In this document: one piece after another, positions 17,533-27,731 of the stretch
How positions within the stretch are numbered: the stretch's first letter is position 1
Layout: each line of letters opens with the position of its first letter
NCBI GenBank assembly: GCA_963700285.1
Contig: CAVOXA010000005.1
Span: forward strand, 96,001 to 160,000
DNA from: an uncultured Chloroflexia bacterium
GTDB lineage: Bacteria > Chloroflexota > Anaerolineae > JAAYZQ01
Reading direction: 5' to 3'
Length of the DNA stretch: 64,000 bases
The notes under the pieces: generated by a model
What the model was told of the DNA's origin: nothing
What the model saw: only the letters and a program-made list of their open reading frames with translations
Databases searched by the model: none
Translations under genes and position numbers: made by a program

Positions 17533-20500
17533 GTGAGCCGTGAGAATGGGCACCTTGGGCTTGGGTTGCTCCTTGGGTTTGGGCTAGCGGTGGGGCTTGC
17601 TCTGTCTGCGGTAGGCATCTGGCTGTGGCCGGTTTCGGGAACGAGGGATGCTGGCCCTCCTGCGATGGGCTCCGCTGCATCTGACAAGTCGCTGGGTGTC
17701 AACGCTGACCTTAGTTCTTACGATACGAAGGCGAGGACAGAAGCGCTGGCGGCGATGGAGGCTGCTGGCCTCCGCTGGCTGCGACTCCGCTTCCCCTGGG
17801 ACGCCATTGAGCCTGAACATGGACGTCTACGATTGGGCCATTTGGGACGAGATCGTTGGGGACGCCAGGCGACATGGTCTTCAAATCGTTGCGGTGCTCG
17901 ATGGTTCGCCTTCGTGGGCGCGGGGAGGAGGCGGATGGCGAGAACCCATTGGCTCCGCCCGTGGAGGCACGTGATTTCGGGGATTTTGCCTTTGCCTTTG
18001 CGAATCGCTATCGCGATCAGATCGATCACTATCAGATTTGGGATGAGCCCAACATCGCCCCGCATTGGGGCGCGAGGGAGATCGATCCGGCGGCCTATGC
18101 CGGCTTGCTGCGCGAAGGGTCCATCCGGATTCGCAGCGCTGATCCTGAAGCTGTGGTCCTGACTGCCGCCCTGGCGCCCAACGTGGAGCCGGGCGGTGCG
18201 AATATGAGCGATTTGCTCTTTCTCGGGGAACTTTACCAACAGGGTGCTGCCGAGTGGTCAGATGGTGTGGCCGCCCAGATCTACGATCTCGATGGCCAGC
18301 CAGAGGCGCCCGCGGACTCGGAGCGACTGAACTGGAAGCGGATCGAATTGCTACGCCGGGTCATGGAATTGCAGGGGGACAAAGAGACTCCGGTGTGGGC
18401 GGTGACTGTTGGCCGAAACACTGCGCTCGCGGGCGACCTTGCGGCCGCCATAGAGACTGCGCGCGAGGACTGGCCCTGGCTGGGACCGATGGTCTGGGCT
18501 GCCTGGTCGCCCAGCGACACCCGAGGCCAGTTTGCTCTGGTCGATGAACGCGCCCAGCCCCGTCCGGCTCTCGATGCTCTGCACGACCTGGCCGTGGCGT
18601 TGCCGGTGGCCTGGCCAGGCACGTACAGAGCGGATCACGAAAGCGGGCGCTACGACGGCGCCTGGCGCGTGACGCCATTCGGGGCGGACATTGGACGCAG
18701 CGGCGACCGCTTGACCATTCCCTTTTGGGGCACGCGCCTGGATCTGGCCGTCCGCCGGGGAGCATACAGAGCTTTCCTATTTGTGACCGTGGACGGGCAA
18801 CCAGCCAGCGCACTGCCGCAAGATGCGGATGGCAATGCCTACGTCGTCCTGTACGATCCCCTGGGCAATGCCAATAGCGTCACGCTGGCACGCGGCTTGC
18901 GGGACGGCCGGCACGAGGCCGAGATCGTGGCTGACCGCGGTTGGGGTCAATGGGCCATCACCGGCTGGACTGTCGCGCGAGAGACTGCCAGTCGCCTGCC
19001 GTGGCAGGGGTTGCCGGCGCTCCTGGGACTGGCTGCACTGGCGACTCTGGGCCTGGTGCTGAGGCGAGCCTGGCCCCAGTGGCGTTCCCTCGTTGCGACC
19101 GGTACTGAACTGACGAACCGGTACCAGGACATTGACGCTCGCCTGATGTTGGCTGTCACAACGGGGGCCATGATCCTGGCTTACGTGGCAGCCGGGACCA
19201 TCCCCAGCCTGATTACCCTTGGCCTGTTGGCCGGGCTTTTGCTGCTGCGCCCAGGGACGGGCCTGCCGCTCATTGCCGTGACGCTGCCCTTCTACCAGTT
19301 GGGCAAGCCGTTGCTGGGCAAAGTGTTCTCTATGGTCGAGATCCTGACCCTACTCACGGCGGCGGGCTGGTTTGCGAATTGGTTCCTGGGCGCTTTGCGC
19401 GCGGCAAGGGGACGGGCTCTTGGAGGTACTGACTCCGAGGGCGTGCCAGACCAACCGCGCATGTTCGTCTCCACCCCACATTTCAGCGCTATCGACTGGG
19501 GGGTCATTGCCCTGGTCATGGTAGGGATGGCATCCTTGCTATGGGCCGAGCACGTTCGGGTGGCCGCCCGGGAGTTTCGAACCGTGATCCTGGGAGCGGC
19601 ACTTTTCTATGGGTTGTTGCGAGCCATGGCCCAAGGCCGGCGGGCAGTCTGGCGCGTCGCAGATTCTTGGGTGCTGGGCGCTGCCCTGGTCGCGCTGGTG
19701 GGCCTCGCCCAGTGGGTCTTGGGCCAGAATCTGATCACTGCTGATGGCATCTCTCGGGTTCGGGCATACTATGGTTCACCGAATAACCTTGCGCTATACC
19801 TGGGGCGGGTATTGCCCTTGGTCCTGGTGATCTCTGTTTGGGCCAGGCGGCAGCCCCGCAAATGGGCGTACGGGCTTGCTGCGGCTGCCATGGCGGCCAC
19901 GCTCCTGCTGACCTTTTCTCGGGGTGCGTGGCTGGTGGGCGTGCCTGTTTCGCTGCTCTTTGTGGCGGGTATGCGGGGCCGGCGGTCTTTTGTTCTGACT
20001 GCAGGCTTTCTGATAGTCGCCGCGGTGGCCATGCTTTTGTTTGTGGGACCCGGCAGGCTGACCCTGTTACTGGATCCGGCGCAAGATACGACCTTGATTC
20101 GGGTTCAGTTGTGGCGGTCCAGTTGGGCCATGATCCGAGATCATCCTGTGCTGGGCGTGGGGCTGGACAACTTTTTGTACCAGTACAGGACCCACTATGT
20201 GCTGCCCACAGCCTGGGAGGAGTTTAACCTGTCCCATCCTCACAACCTCGTGCTCGATGGCTGGTTGAGGCTGGGATTGCCAGGCCTGGCAGTGTTTGGC
20301 TGGTTGCTGGTGGCCTTTTTCCGAGATGGATGGCTGGCCTATCGTCACTTGCCCGAGAGTGGGGAACGGCTCCTGGTATTGGGCTTGATAGGCGGCATGG
20401 TGTACGCGGTGGCCCATGGGCTGATCGACAACTCGTTCTTTCTTGTCGACCTGGCCTACGTTTTCATGTTGATGCTGGCAGTCCTTCAAGGAACCCTTGA

Positions 20501-20561
20501 GATTGCAGGGGGCACCACGGACAGAGGTAGGGCGGGCAACGTCCTATCTCCCAAGAACTAA
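17533..20561 (+). CDS. Glycoside-hydrolase-like domain fused to an O-antigen ligase (Wzy_C) domain; two apparent frameshifts
   Basis: Three ORF pieces join into one protein: ...WLRLRFPWDAIEPEHG | VYDWAIWDEIV...VLDGSPSWAR | EEADGENPLAPP...YQIWDEPN. C-terminal SPNNLA, TFSRGAW, GVGLDNF and HPHN motifs. Shifts near 17823 and 17925. Confidence 0.8.
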
Positions 20562-20573
20562 GGAGGAGACTCT

Positions 20574-21518
20574 GTGCGGATTCTGATTACCGGAGGGGCA
20601 GGTTTTATCGGGTCTCACCTCTGTGATTACCTGTTGGGCAAGGGTCACGAGGTGATTGCCATGGACAACCTCAGCACCGGCACGACGGACAATATCTCTC
20701 AGCTTGCTGGCCACGAACGATTCTCTTTCGTCAAGCACAATGTGACGGACTATATTTACGTTGAAGGACCGCTGGATGCGGTGGTGCACCTGGCATCCCT
20801 GCCCAGCCCCGTGGACTATTTGAACTATCCAATACAGACGCTGAAGGTAGGTGCCCTGGGCACGCACAAGGCACTGGGGCTGGCCAAGGCCAAGGGAGCG
20901 CGATTTCTCCTGGCCTCGACCTCGGAGGTATATGGCGACCCGCTGGTCCACCCGCAGCCAGAAGACTACTGGGGCAACGTGAATCCTGTGGGGCCGCGGG
21001 GTGTCTATGATGAATCAAAACGGTACGCTGAAGCGCTGACCATGGCCTATCATCGATATCATGGGGTCGAAACCCGGATCGTGCGCATATTTAACACCTA
21101 CGGCCCACGCATGAGGCTGGACGATGGTCGGGTGGTTCCCAATTTTATCCGGCAGGCGCTCGCGGGTGAGCCGTTGACGGTCTATGATGACGGCATGCGC
21201 ACGCGCAGTTTCTGCTATGTCTCGGATCTTGTAGAAGGCATGGTCCGGCTCTTGCATTCGGGCGAGCCCGATCCCGTGAACATGGGTAACCCTAGTGAGA
21301 TGACCATCCTAGAGTTTGCGCGGACGGTGCTGCGCGTGACTGGGAGCCAATCGGAGATTGTGTTCGTTCATCCCGAAGACGAACGTACCCAGGATGACCC
21401 AATGGTGCGCCAGCCTGACATCAGCCGGGCAATACGGGTTCTGGGCTGGCAACCCGTGGTATCCCTGGACGAGGGACTGGAGAAGACCGTTGATTCGTTC
21501 CGCCACCGTCTGGCGTAG
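20574..21518 (+). CDS. UDP-glucuronate decarboxylase (Uxs-like SDR)
   Basis: [33 protein letters not shown] and [10 protein letters not shown]. Confidence 0.92.
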   Translation: MRILITGGAGFIGSHLCDYLLGKGHEVIAMDNLSTGTTDNISQLAGHERFSFVKHNVTDYIYVEGPLDAVVHLASLPSPVDYLNYPIQTLKVGALGTHKALGLAKAKGARFLLASTSEVYGDPLVHPQPEDYWGNVNPVGPRGVYDESKRYAEALTMAYHRYHGVETRIVRIFNTYGPRMRLDDGRVVPNFIRQALAGEPLTVYDDGMRTRSFCYVSDLVEGMVRLLHSGEPDPVNMGNPSEMTILEFARTVLRVTGSQSEIVFVHPEDERTQDDPMVRQPDISRAIRVLGWQPVVSLDEGLEKTVDSFRHRLA

Positions 21519-22929
21519 CGACACGTTGGGCTGGGGGGCGTTCCCGGCTCTGCTGCTGGCCGGGCTGCTGGGCCTGGCGATAGCGCTGCTGCCGCTGACG
21601 TGGAGCGCTCTGCTTCTATTGGGCGGCGTGGTTTTCGTGGCCACGTTGGTGCGTCCGCAGGTAGCCGTGCTGCTCCTGGTTCCCGCCATTCCCTTTGGCT
21701 CTCTTCGCCAGGTGACCGTCGGTGTGATGAGCCTGGGCGTGACAGAGATCCTAGTGATCTTGGTCCTGGCAGCCTGGTTGATGCGGCTGGTTGCCTTTCG
21801 TGGCCTCCGCGTACGCGTACCGCCACTTGTTGTGCCGCTGGCCATCTTTTTGGGTGTCTTGTGTCTGTCACTGTTGGGCGCTACCTCTCTCCAACACAGC
21901 ATCAAGGAGATTCTCAAGTGGGTGGAACTCCTGGTACTGTACGTGCTGGTGGCCAATGAAATGCACGGGCGCTGGAAGAAGGCTCTAGTTTTTGTCATTC
22001 TAGGGACCGGTGCTGTGGTCGCGATGCAGGGCATCTATCAGTTCTTGTTCCGCGTGGGTCCCGATGCATTCGTACTCTTTGACCGGTTCATGAGGGCGCA
22101 CGGAACCTTTGATCAGCCGAATCCATACGGTGGTTACCTGGGACTGGTGCTGCCGGTTGCTGTTGGGCTGCTAGCTGCCGGCGTGTTGCGCGTGCGAGGG
22201 AGCCTGCGTTGGGGCTGGATCGTGTGGGCGGCGGGCTGCGGGGCATTGATGATAGCCGCATTGGTCATGTCCTGGTCGCGCGGGGCATGGTTGGGTTTTG
22301 GCGCAGCTCTGGTGGTAATGGCTGTCGCTGTCGTGGTCCAGAGTGGCCGGGCAGCGGTGTTGGCTGTTGTGTTGGGCGGTCTCCTGGCCTACGCTCTGGT
22401 GAGCGGAGGTCTGGCGCGGATTCCAGCGTCTATTGCCCAGCGCTTCAGTGATTTCCTGCCCTATCTGGGTGCAATCGATGTGCGAGGGATCGAGATCACC
22501 GATGCCAATTTCTCCGTCCTGGAGCGGATGGCGCACTGGCAATCCGCGCTGAGTATGTGGACCGACAGGCCCTGGTTGGGGGTGGGCATCGGCAACTATG
22601 AGCCGCTCTATGCTCGCCATGCGCTGCCTCTATGGTCGGCGGCCCTGGGACACGCCCACAACTACTATCTGAACATTGCAGCAGAAGCGGGAGTGCTCGG
22701 GCTTTTGGCCTATCTGCTGCTGTGGGGCGCGGCATTGGCGAGCGCGTGGCGCGCCTTGCGAAGGACTTCGGGCTGGCTGTGGGGCGTATCCCTGGGCGTT
22801 TTGGGGGTGCTCGTGCACCTGAGCGCGCACAATCTCTTCGACAATCTGTTTGTTCACGCCATGTACTTGCACGTGGCGATTCTATTGGGGGTCATTGTAC
22901 CGTATGCGGGAGAGCAACACCTGGATTGA
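21490..22929 (+). CDS. O-antigen ligase/Wzy_C family protein
   Basis: [24 protein letters not shown] and HAHNYY; start uncertain. Confidence 0.88.
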   Translation: MIRSATVWRSDTLGWGAFPALLLAGLLGLAIALLPLTWSALLLLGGVVFVATLVRPQVAVLLLVPAIPFGSLRQVTVGVMSLGVTEILVILVLAAWLMRLVAFRGLRVRVPPLVVPLAIFLGVLCLSLLGATSLQHSIKEILKWVELLVLYVLVANEMHGRWKKALVFVILGTGAVVAMQGIYQFLFRVGPDAFVLFDRFMRAHGTFDQPNPYGGYLGLVLPVAVGLLAAGVLRVRGSLRWGWIVWAAGCGALMIAALVMSWSRGAWLGFGAALVVMAVAVVVQSGRAAVLAVVLGGLLAYALVSGGLARIPASIAQRFSDFLPYLGAIDVRGIEITDANFSVLERMAHWQSALSMWTDRPWLGVGIGNYEPLYARHALPLWSAALGHAHNYYLNIAAEAGVLGLLAYLLLWGAALASAWRALRRTSGWLWGVSLGVLGVLVHLSAHNLFDNLFVHAMYLHVAILLGVIVPYAGEQHLD

Positions 22930-23473
22930 TGCCCATCCGCGCTTGGGCCGCTGGTCGAGCTGGGTTGCGGCTCTGCCGGTGGTAGGTGGTGTGTGGGCCC
23001 GGCTCTCGGAAAATCCCAAAGAGCTGGGGCGCTTTGTCAAGTTCGCTATTGTCGGAGCCATCGGCGCCGTCGTGGATTTCATGGTGCTGAACATTATGAA
23101 GCGCCTCTTTGAGGCGATTGGCCTGGGGGTTGGCTGGGATGTGGCTCTGGAGCCACACCAGATCCAGTTGATAGCCGCCAATACCATTTCCTTCAGTGTG
23201 GCAGTGCTGAGCAATTTTACCTGGAACCGGCTGTGGACCTTTCCCGAGTCGAGGGAACGACCTATCGGCAGCCAATTGGCACAGTTTGCGGTGATCAACG
23301 TGTTCGGCCTGGTGATCAATACCGTGATTTTGGTGGTGCTCGACCAGTATGTCTTTCAGAACCTTTTCAGCGAGCGCCTCAGTTACAACCTGGCCAAGGC
23401 CTGTGCCATTTGTGTCGTCCTGTTCTGGAATTTTGGAATGAACCGCATCTTTACCTATCGGGGTATTGAGTGA
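22904..23473 (+). CDS. GtrA-family flippase-like protein
   Basis: RFVKFAIVGAIGAVVD, NFTWNRLWTF and WNF..NR.FTY. Confidence 0.9.
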   Translation: MRESNTWIDAHPRLGRWSSWVAALPVVGGVWARLSENPKELGRFVKFAIVGAIGAVVDFMVLNIMKRLFEAIGLGVGWDVALEPHQIQLIAANTISFSVAVLSNFTWNRLWTFPESRERPIGSQLAQFAVINVFGLVINTVILVVLDQYVFQNLFSERLSYNLAKACAICVVLFWNFGMNRIFTYRGIE

Positions 23474-23508
23474 TTGGCTTGCAGTTTGAGGGCGCGGGGA
23501 CCTGATCT

Positions 23509-24654
23509 GTGCGCATTGGCATAGATTACACGGCCGCGGTGCGCCAGGGCGGCGGCATCGGACGCTATACGAGGAACCTTGTCCGGGCCTTGTCGGAGTT
23601 GGATCAGGAGAATGACTATACGCTTTTTGTCGCAGGTGGTTGGGGCCGTGGGGATGGCCTGGGCCCCTGGCCAGAGAACTTTCGGATCCGGTCCGTGCCA
23701 CTCTCGGATCGATGGGTACACCTTCTCTGGCAGCGGCTGCGGTTGCCAGTGCCGGTTCAGGCCATCACCGGCTACCTAGATCTGTTCCACTCACCCGATT
23801 TTGTCCTGCCGCCTACGGGACGGACACCGACGCTGCTGACGATCCATGACCTGTCGTTTTTGCGTGTGCCCGAGTACTATGTGCCTGCCTTCCGTCGCTA
23901 TCTGGAGGGAGCAGTCGCCCGTGCTGCGGGCCGTGCCGATCACATCCTGGCCGACTCGGAGAGTACAAGGCAGGATATCATCGAGCTGATGCCGGTTCAG
24001 AAGGAGCGAGTGACGGTACTGTATCCAGGTGTGGATCCCCGTTTCCGGCCGATTCGTACACAAACAGTGCTGGACGCTGTGCGGGAACGCTATGCGCTGC
24101 CCGACCGATTTGTCCTGGGTTTGAGCACGCTCCAGCCGCGAAAGAATTTCGCAGGGCTGATCGAGGGTTTCCGGCGGCTGGTGCAGGCCGGAGGGAACGA
24201 ACCCGCTGTCGCGGATCTACAACTTGTAATTGCTGGCGGCAAAGGTTGGATGGTTGAGGAAACGTATGCTGCAGTGAGCAAAGCGGAGATGGAGGCGCAC
24301 GTGCACTTTGCCGGATTTGTCGACGACGATGATCTGCCTGCGCTGTACAACTTGTCCGCTGCCTTTGCGTTTCCTACCTGGTACGAGGGATTTGGCTTGC
24401 CGGTACTGGAGGCCATGGCCTGTGGCACGCCCGTGGTCTGCGCGGACAACTCGTCGCTACCCGAGGTGGCGGGGCAAGCGGCCCTGTTGGTGGATGCCGG
24501 AGACCCTGATGCGTTGGCCGAGGCGCTGATTCAGGTGCTCGTGAAGGCGGATCTGCGTGCGCGGTTGGCAGTCGCTGGGCCGGAGCAGGCGATGAGGTTC
24601 ACGTGGCCCGCGGCTGCGCAGCAGTTGTTGGGAGTATATCAATCCCTGGCCTAA
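23509..24654 (+). CDS. GT4 glycosyltransferase
   Basis: GGIGRY, TIHDL, PRKN and EGFGLPVLEAMACG. Confidence 0.93.
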   Translation: MRIGIDYTAAVRQGGGIGRYTRNLVRALSELDQENDYTLFVAGGWGRGDGLGPWPENFRIRSVPLSDRWVHLLWQRLRLPVPVQAITGYLDLFHSPDFVLPPTGRTPTLLTIHDLSFLRVPEYYVPAFRRYLEGAVARAAGRADHILADSESTRQDIIELMPVQKERVTVLYPGVDPRFRPIRTQTVLDAVRERYALPDRFVLGLSTLQPRKNFAGLIEGFRRLVQAGGNEPAVADLQLVIAGGKGWMVEETYAAVSKAEMEAHVHFAGFVDDDDLPALYNLSAAFAFPTWYEGFGLPVLEAMACGTPVVCADNSSLPEVAGQAALLVDAGDPDALAEALIQVLVKADLRARLAVAGPEQAMRFTWPAAAQQLLGVYQSLA

Positions 24655-24704
24655 CGGCTTTGAGGTTGGCCGGTTGTCTGCGGTGAGCATATCCGGAGGG
24701 GAGT

Positions 24705-25307
24705 ATGAGAGGCATTTTGCTTTCGCTTGTCCTGTTGGTTTTATTGGTGTCAAGTCTAGCCGGGTGCGGCCCTCAATCGGGCGAACCCAAAGAGGAGGAA
24801 TCATCGATGTCACAAAAAAGTGGATCTCAAAAACGGTGGAAGAGCCCACCAGCTATGCAGATCGATCCCGACAGAGTCTATGTCGCGACGATAGAGACGG
24901 AGAGAGGATCCATAGTACTGGAACTCTATCCGGAGCACGCACCCGAGACGGTCAATAACTTTGTGTTCCTGGCCCGGGAAGGATTCTACGATGGGCTAAC
25001 CTTTCACCGGGTGATCGCTAACTTTATGATCCAGGGTGGCGATCCCACGGGCACAGGCGCCAGTGGGCCAGGGTACAAATTCGGGGACGAGGTCAGGGAC
25101 AATCCGTTGAAGCACGGTACGGGCGTGATCTCGATGGCTAACGCGGGGCCGAACACGAACGGGAGCCAGTTCTTTATCACCCACGGACCCCAGCCGCACC
25201 TGGACGGGAAGCACACGGTCTTTGGGCAGGTGGTTGAGGGGCAGGATGTGGTCGATGTTGTCCGGCAGGGTGACAAGATGACAAAGGTAGCCATCGAAGA
25301 GAAGTGA
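24705..25307 (+). CDS. Cyclophilin-type peptidyl-prolyl isomerase with lipoprotein signal
   Basis: [23 protein letters not shown] and GSQFFI; LAGC lipobox; alternative start at 24807. Confidence 0.93.
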   Translation: MRGILLSLVLLVLLVSSLAGCGPQSGEPKEEESSMSQKSGSQKRWKSPPAMQIDPDRVYVATIETERGSIVLELYPEHAPETVNNFVFLAREGFYDGLTFHRVIANFMIQGGDPTGTGASGPGYKFGDEVRDNPLKHGTGVISMANAGPNTNGSQFFITHGPQPHLDGKHTVFGQVVEGQDVVDVVRQGDKMTKVAIEEK

Positions 25308-25395
25308 GGGCACTTGTCCACAAGGGGTACACTTCGCATAGTCACCGAGGTGACCTGTCAAGCACTGGATGATCTTCCGGAAAGAGCCATAGGTT

Positions 25396-26967
25396 ATGCG
25401 AACGGGCTTGGTGAGAAAGTTGATTCCGGGCGTACTGCTCCTGGCAGTCCTGGCGGGTGCCTTTGCGCTCAGGGCGTGGGGCAGCAGCTTTGGCTTGCCT
25501 GCCTTCACCCGCTACCATCCTGACGAGCACGCCCTGGTGGACAGGGCGGCGGCGATCCTTTGGACGGGGGATTGGAACCTTCACCGGTTCAATTATCCCC
25601 CGTTCTACGCCTATCTTCAGGCAGGGGCCTACGCGGTGCTCTTTTTGTGGCTGGCAGCTCAGGGCTTGTGGAGCCAGGTCCCACCCTTTGTGGTGCCCGA
25701 GTACTATCATTGGGGCCGCTTGCTGACGGCGGTGTTTGGCACCCTGACGGTTCTGGTTGTCTATCTGATGGGGCGCCGGATCCGTACCCGGAGGACCGGG
25801 CTGCTGGCTGCTGCGTTGCTTGCCGGGTGCTATCTACACGTCATTCACTCCCATTACGCGACCTTTGACGTGATGGTCGGATTTCTCGTCTCACTGACGC
25901 TGCTTTTTAGTGACCTGGTCCGGACGGAACAGAAGGCCAAGTGGTACTTTCTGGCCGGACTGGTTGCGGGCCTGGCAGGTGCGACCAAGTACAATGGGGC
26001 CGTGGCGGTGGTCATGCCGCTGGTTGCCCATGTACTGGCAAAGCCCTGGGACGAATGGGGCTGGATCAATGGCAGGCTGTTTCTTATCCCGGTGGGTTTC
26101 CTGCTGGGTTTCTTTGCTGGCAATCCCTTTGCGCTCGGCAATCTTACCGAGTTTCTCAACGGTTTGGCCCTCGTTCTGCATCACTATGGCACCGAGCAGC
26201 CAGGCTTTGAGGGTCTCGGCAACTGGCGCTGGTATGCGACGGTTTTTCTCACCTCGGCGGACGCCTTGTGGGTCGTGACGGGGGCCTTGGGACTGGCCGC
26301 GCTTCTCTGGCAGGAGTGGAAAAAGGGGCTTCTGCTCCTGGTCTTTCCAGTGGTCTATTTTGTGATGATGTCTCGCTTCACCGTGCGCTTTGAGCGCAAC
26401 ATGGTCCCGCTGCTACCTTTTCTGGCCTTGGGTGGCGCCTGGCTGCTGGATGTTGGCGCTGGTTGGCTGGCGCGCCGTCTTGGTCGCGGTGAAGGAGCCT
26501 CCCGCGTGCTGGCTGTACTGGGCGCCCTGGTTGTTCTGTCGCTGCCGCTTGCGGCAGGCATAACTTTCGACGCGGCCATTAGCCGGACGGATTTCCGGGA
26601 GGTAGCTGGGCGCTGGGTGAATGAGAACGTCGAAGGCGGCAGCAAGATCGCTATTGAGCACTATGCCATTCCCTTTGACCACACGGACTACTCTGTCGAA
26701 GATGTGCTCCGTATCAGCAACCATGACCTGGCATGGTACCAACAGGAAGGATTTGACGTATTGATCATCAGTGATGGCGTGTGGGAGGTGCTAAAGCGCA
26801 TGCCCGAGGCCTATGCTGACAAACTCGCGGTATACGATGAGGTTTCTACAGGCAGCAGCCTCTTGCAAGAGTTTGTGCCCCGGCCTCCCGGTATTGTCGT
26901 GGCCGGCTACCCGACCGTGGCCGTATACCATTTCCCACCGGTCCGCATCCATCAAGTGCCGCGGTAG
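25396..26967 (+). CDS. GT-C (ArnT/GT39-like) membrane glycosyltransferase
   Basis: YHPDE, FNYPPFY, HSHYAT.D and GLA.ATKY motifs; multi-TM. Confidence 0.85.
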   Translation: MRTGLVRKLIPGVLLLAVLAGAFALRAWGSSFGLPAFTRYHPDEHALVDRAAAILWTGDWNLHRFNYPPFYAYLQAGAYAVLFLWLAAQGLWSQVPPFVVPEYYHWGRLLTAVFGTLTVLVVYLMGRRIRTRRTGLLAAALLAGCYLHVIHSHYATFDVMVGFLVSLTLLFSDLVRTEQKAKWYFLAGLVAGLAGATKYNGAVAVVMPLVAHVLAKPWDEWGWINGRLFLIPVGFLLGFFAGNPFALGNLTEFLNGLALVLHHYGTEQPGFEGLGNWRWYATVFLTSADALWVVTGALGLAALLWQEWKKGLLLLVFPVVYFVMMSRFTVRFERNMVPLLPFLALGGAWLLDVGAGWLARRLGRGEGASRVLAVLGALVVLSLPLAAGITFDAAISRTDFREVAGRWVNENVEGGSKIAIEHYAIPFDHTDYSVEDVLRISNHDLAWYQQEGFDVLIISDGVWEVLKRMPEAYADKLAVYDEVSTGSSLLQEFVPRPPGIVVAGYPTVAVYHFPPVRIHQVPR

Positions 26968-27023
26968 ATGACAACGTACTTGGTGGGAAGCCAGCCGGTG
27001 AGATGCAGGCTGAAGGAAAGGCT

Positions 27024-27731
27024 ATGAGCAGCGACGCAGCATTGGGTCGGGTCGATAGAAGCGCTCGAGCAAGAAAGCGTCTGACAAGCGCACGCGTACT
27101 CTTGCTGGTGGGCTGGGCGCTGGCCGCCATCGGCTACTATGGCGCCTGGATCGCCCACGAGACGGCGGCCCTTACCCTGAGTGGCGCGGACATGGGCGAG
27201 TTTGTCAAGTTCTTGCCGGGTGTGCTCGACGGATCGCTGGACATCATACGGCAAGCGCTTTATCTGCCACCCTTTGCGGTGGTAGCAAGCGTGGCGCTGC
27301 TGGTAGGCTCGCAGAGACTGCGCTACCCGTGGTTGCTTCGATGGCTGGTCGTGGTACTGGCAGTTCCGGTCAGCCTGCAGTTGCTGCCTCCGGCCTGGTC
27401 CGTTGCCAGCCTGACCTCGCCCGAGTTCCGAGCGCAGGCCATCGCCTTGGGCTTAAGCTGGCTCCTGCTGGCAGGATTCTGGTTTTGGGGGCGCTTGCCG
27501 GCTTGGCTGACCGGTACCACAAGTGCGATCCTGTGCCTGGCCGCCATCGTTCTGTCCGCGTGGCAGTTCTTGATCGCCAAGCCTGCCATCGACGATGTAT
27601 ACGGTACGCCGCCGTCCATCGGCTGGGGTTTCTATCTGTGTATGGTTGCGCTACTCTTGATCGCGCTGGGAAGCGTGATCCTGGCCCTCCGGGCACAGCA
27701 TCCGCCGGCGGCAGTGTGGGCGGGCGAATGA
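27024..27731 (+). CDS. Hypothetical multi-pass membrane protein
   Basis: About six hydrophobic segments; operonic, with a 4-bp overlap to the next gene. Confidence 0.7.
   Translation: MSSDAALGRVDRSARARKRLTSARVLLLVGWALAAIGYYGAWIAHETAALTLSGADMGEFVKFLPGVLDGSLDIIRQALYLPPFAVVASVALLVGSQRLRYPWLLRWLVVVLAVPVSLQLLPPAWSVASLTSPEFRAQAIALGLSWLLLAGFWFWGRLPAWLTGTTSAILCLAAIVLSAWQFLIAKPAIDDVYGTPPSIGWGFYLCMVALLLIALGSVILALRAQHPPAAVWAGE

Noticed and set aside
15440-17930. Frameshifts in ytxH (~15449) and the GH-ligase gene (~17823, ~17925) as programmed frameshifting
   Set aside because: Each is a single extra base, with no slippery heptamer, in an otherwise intact gene; sequencing indels are the simpler explanation.
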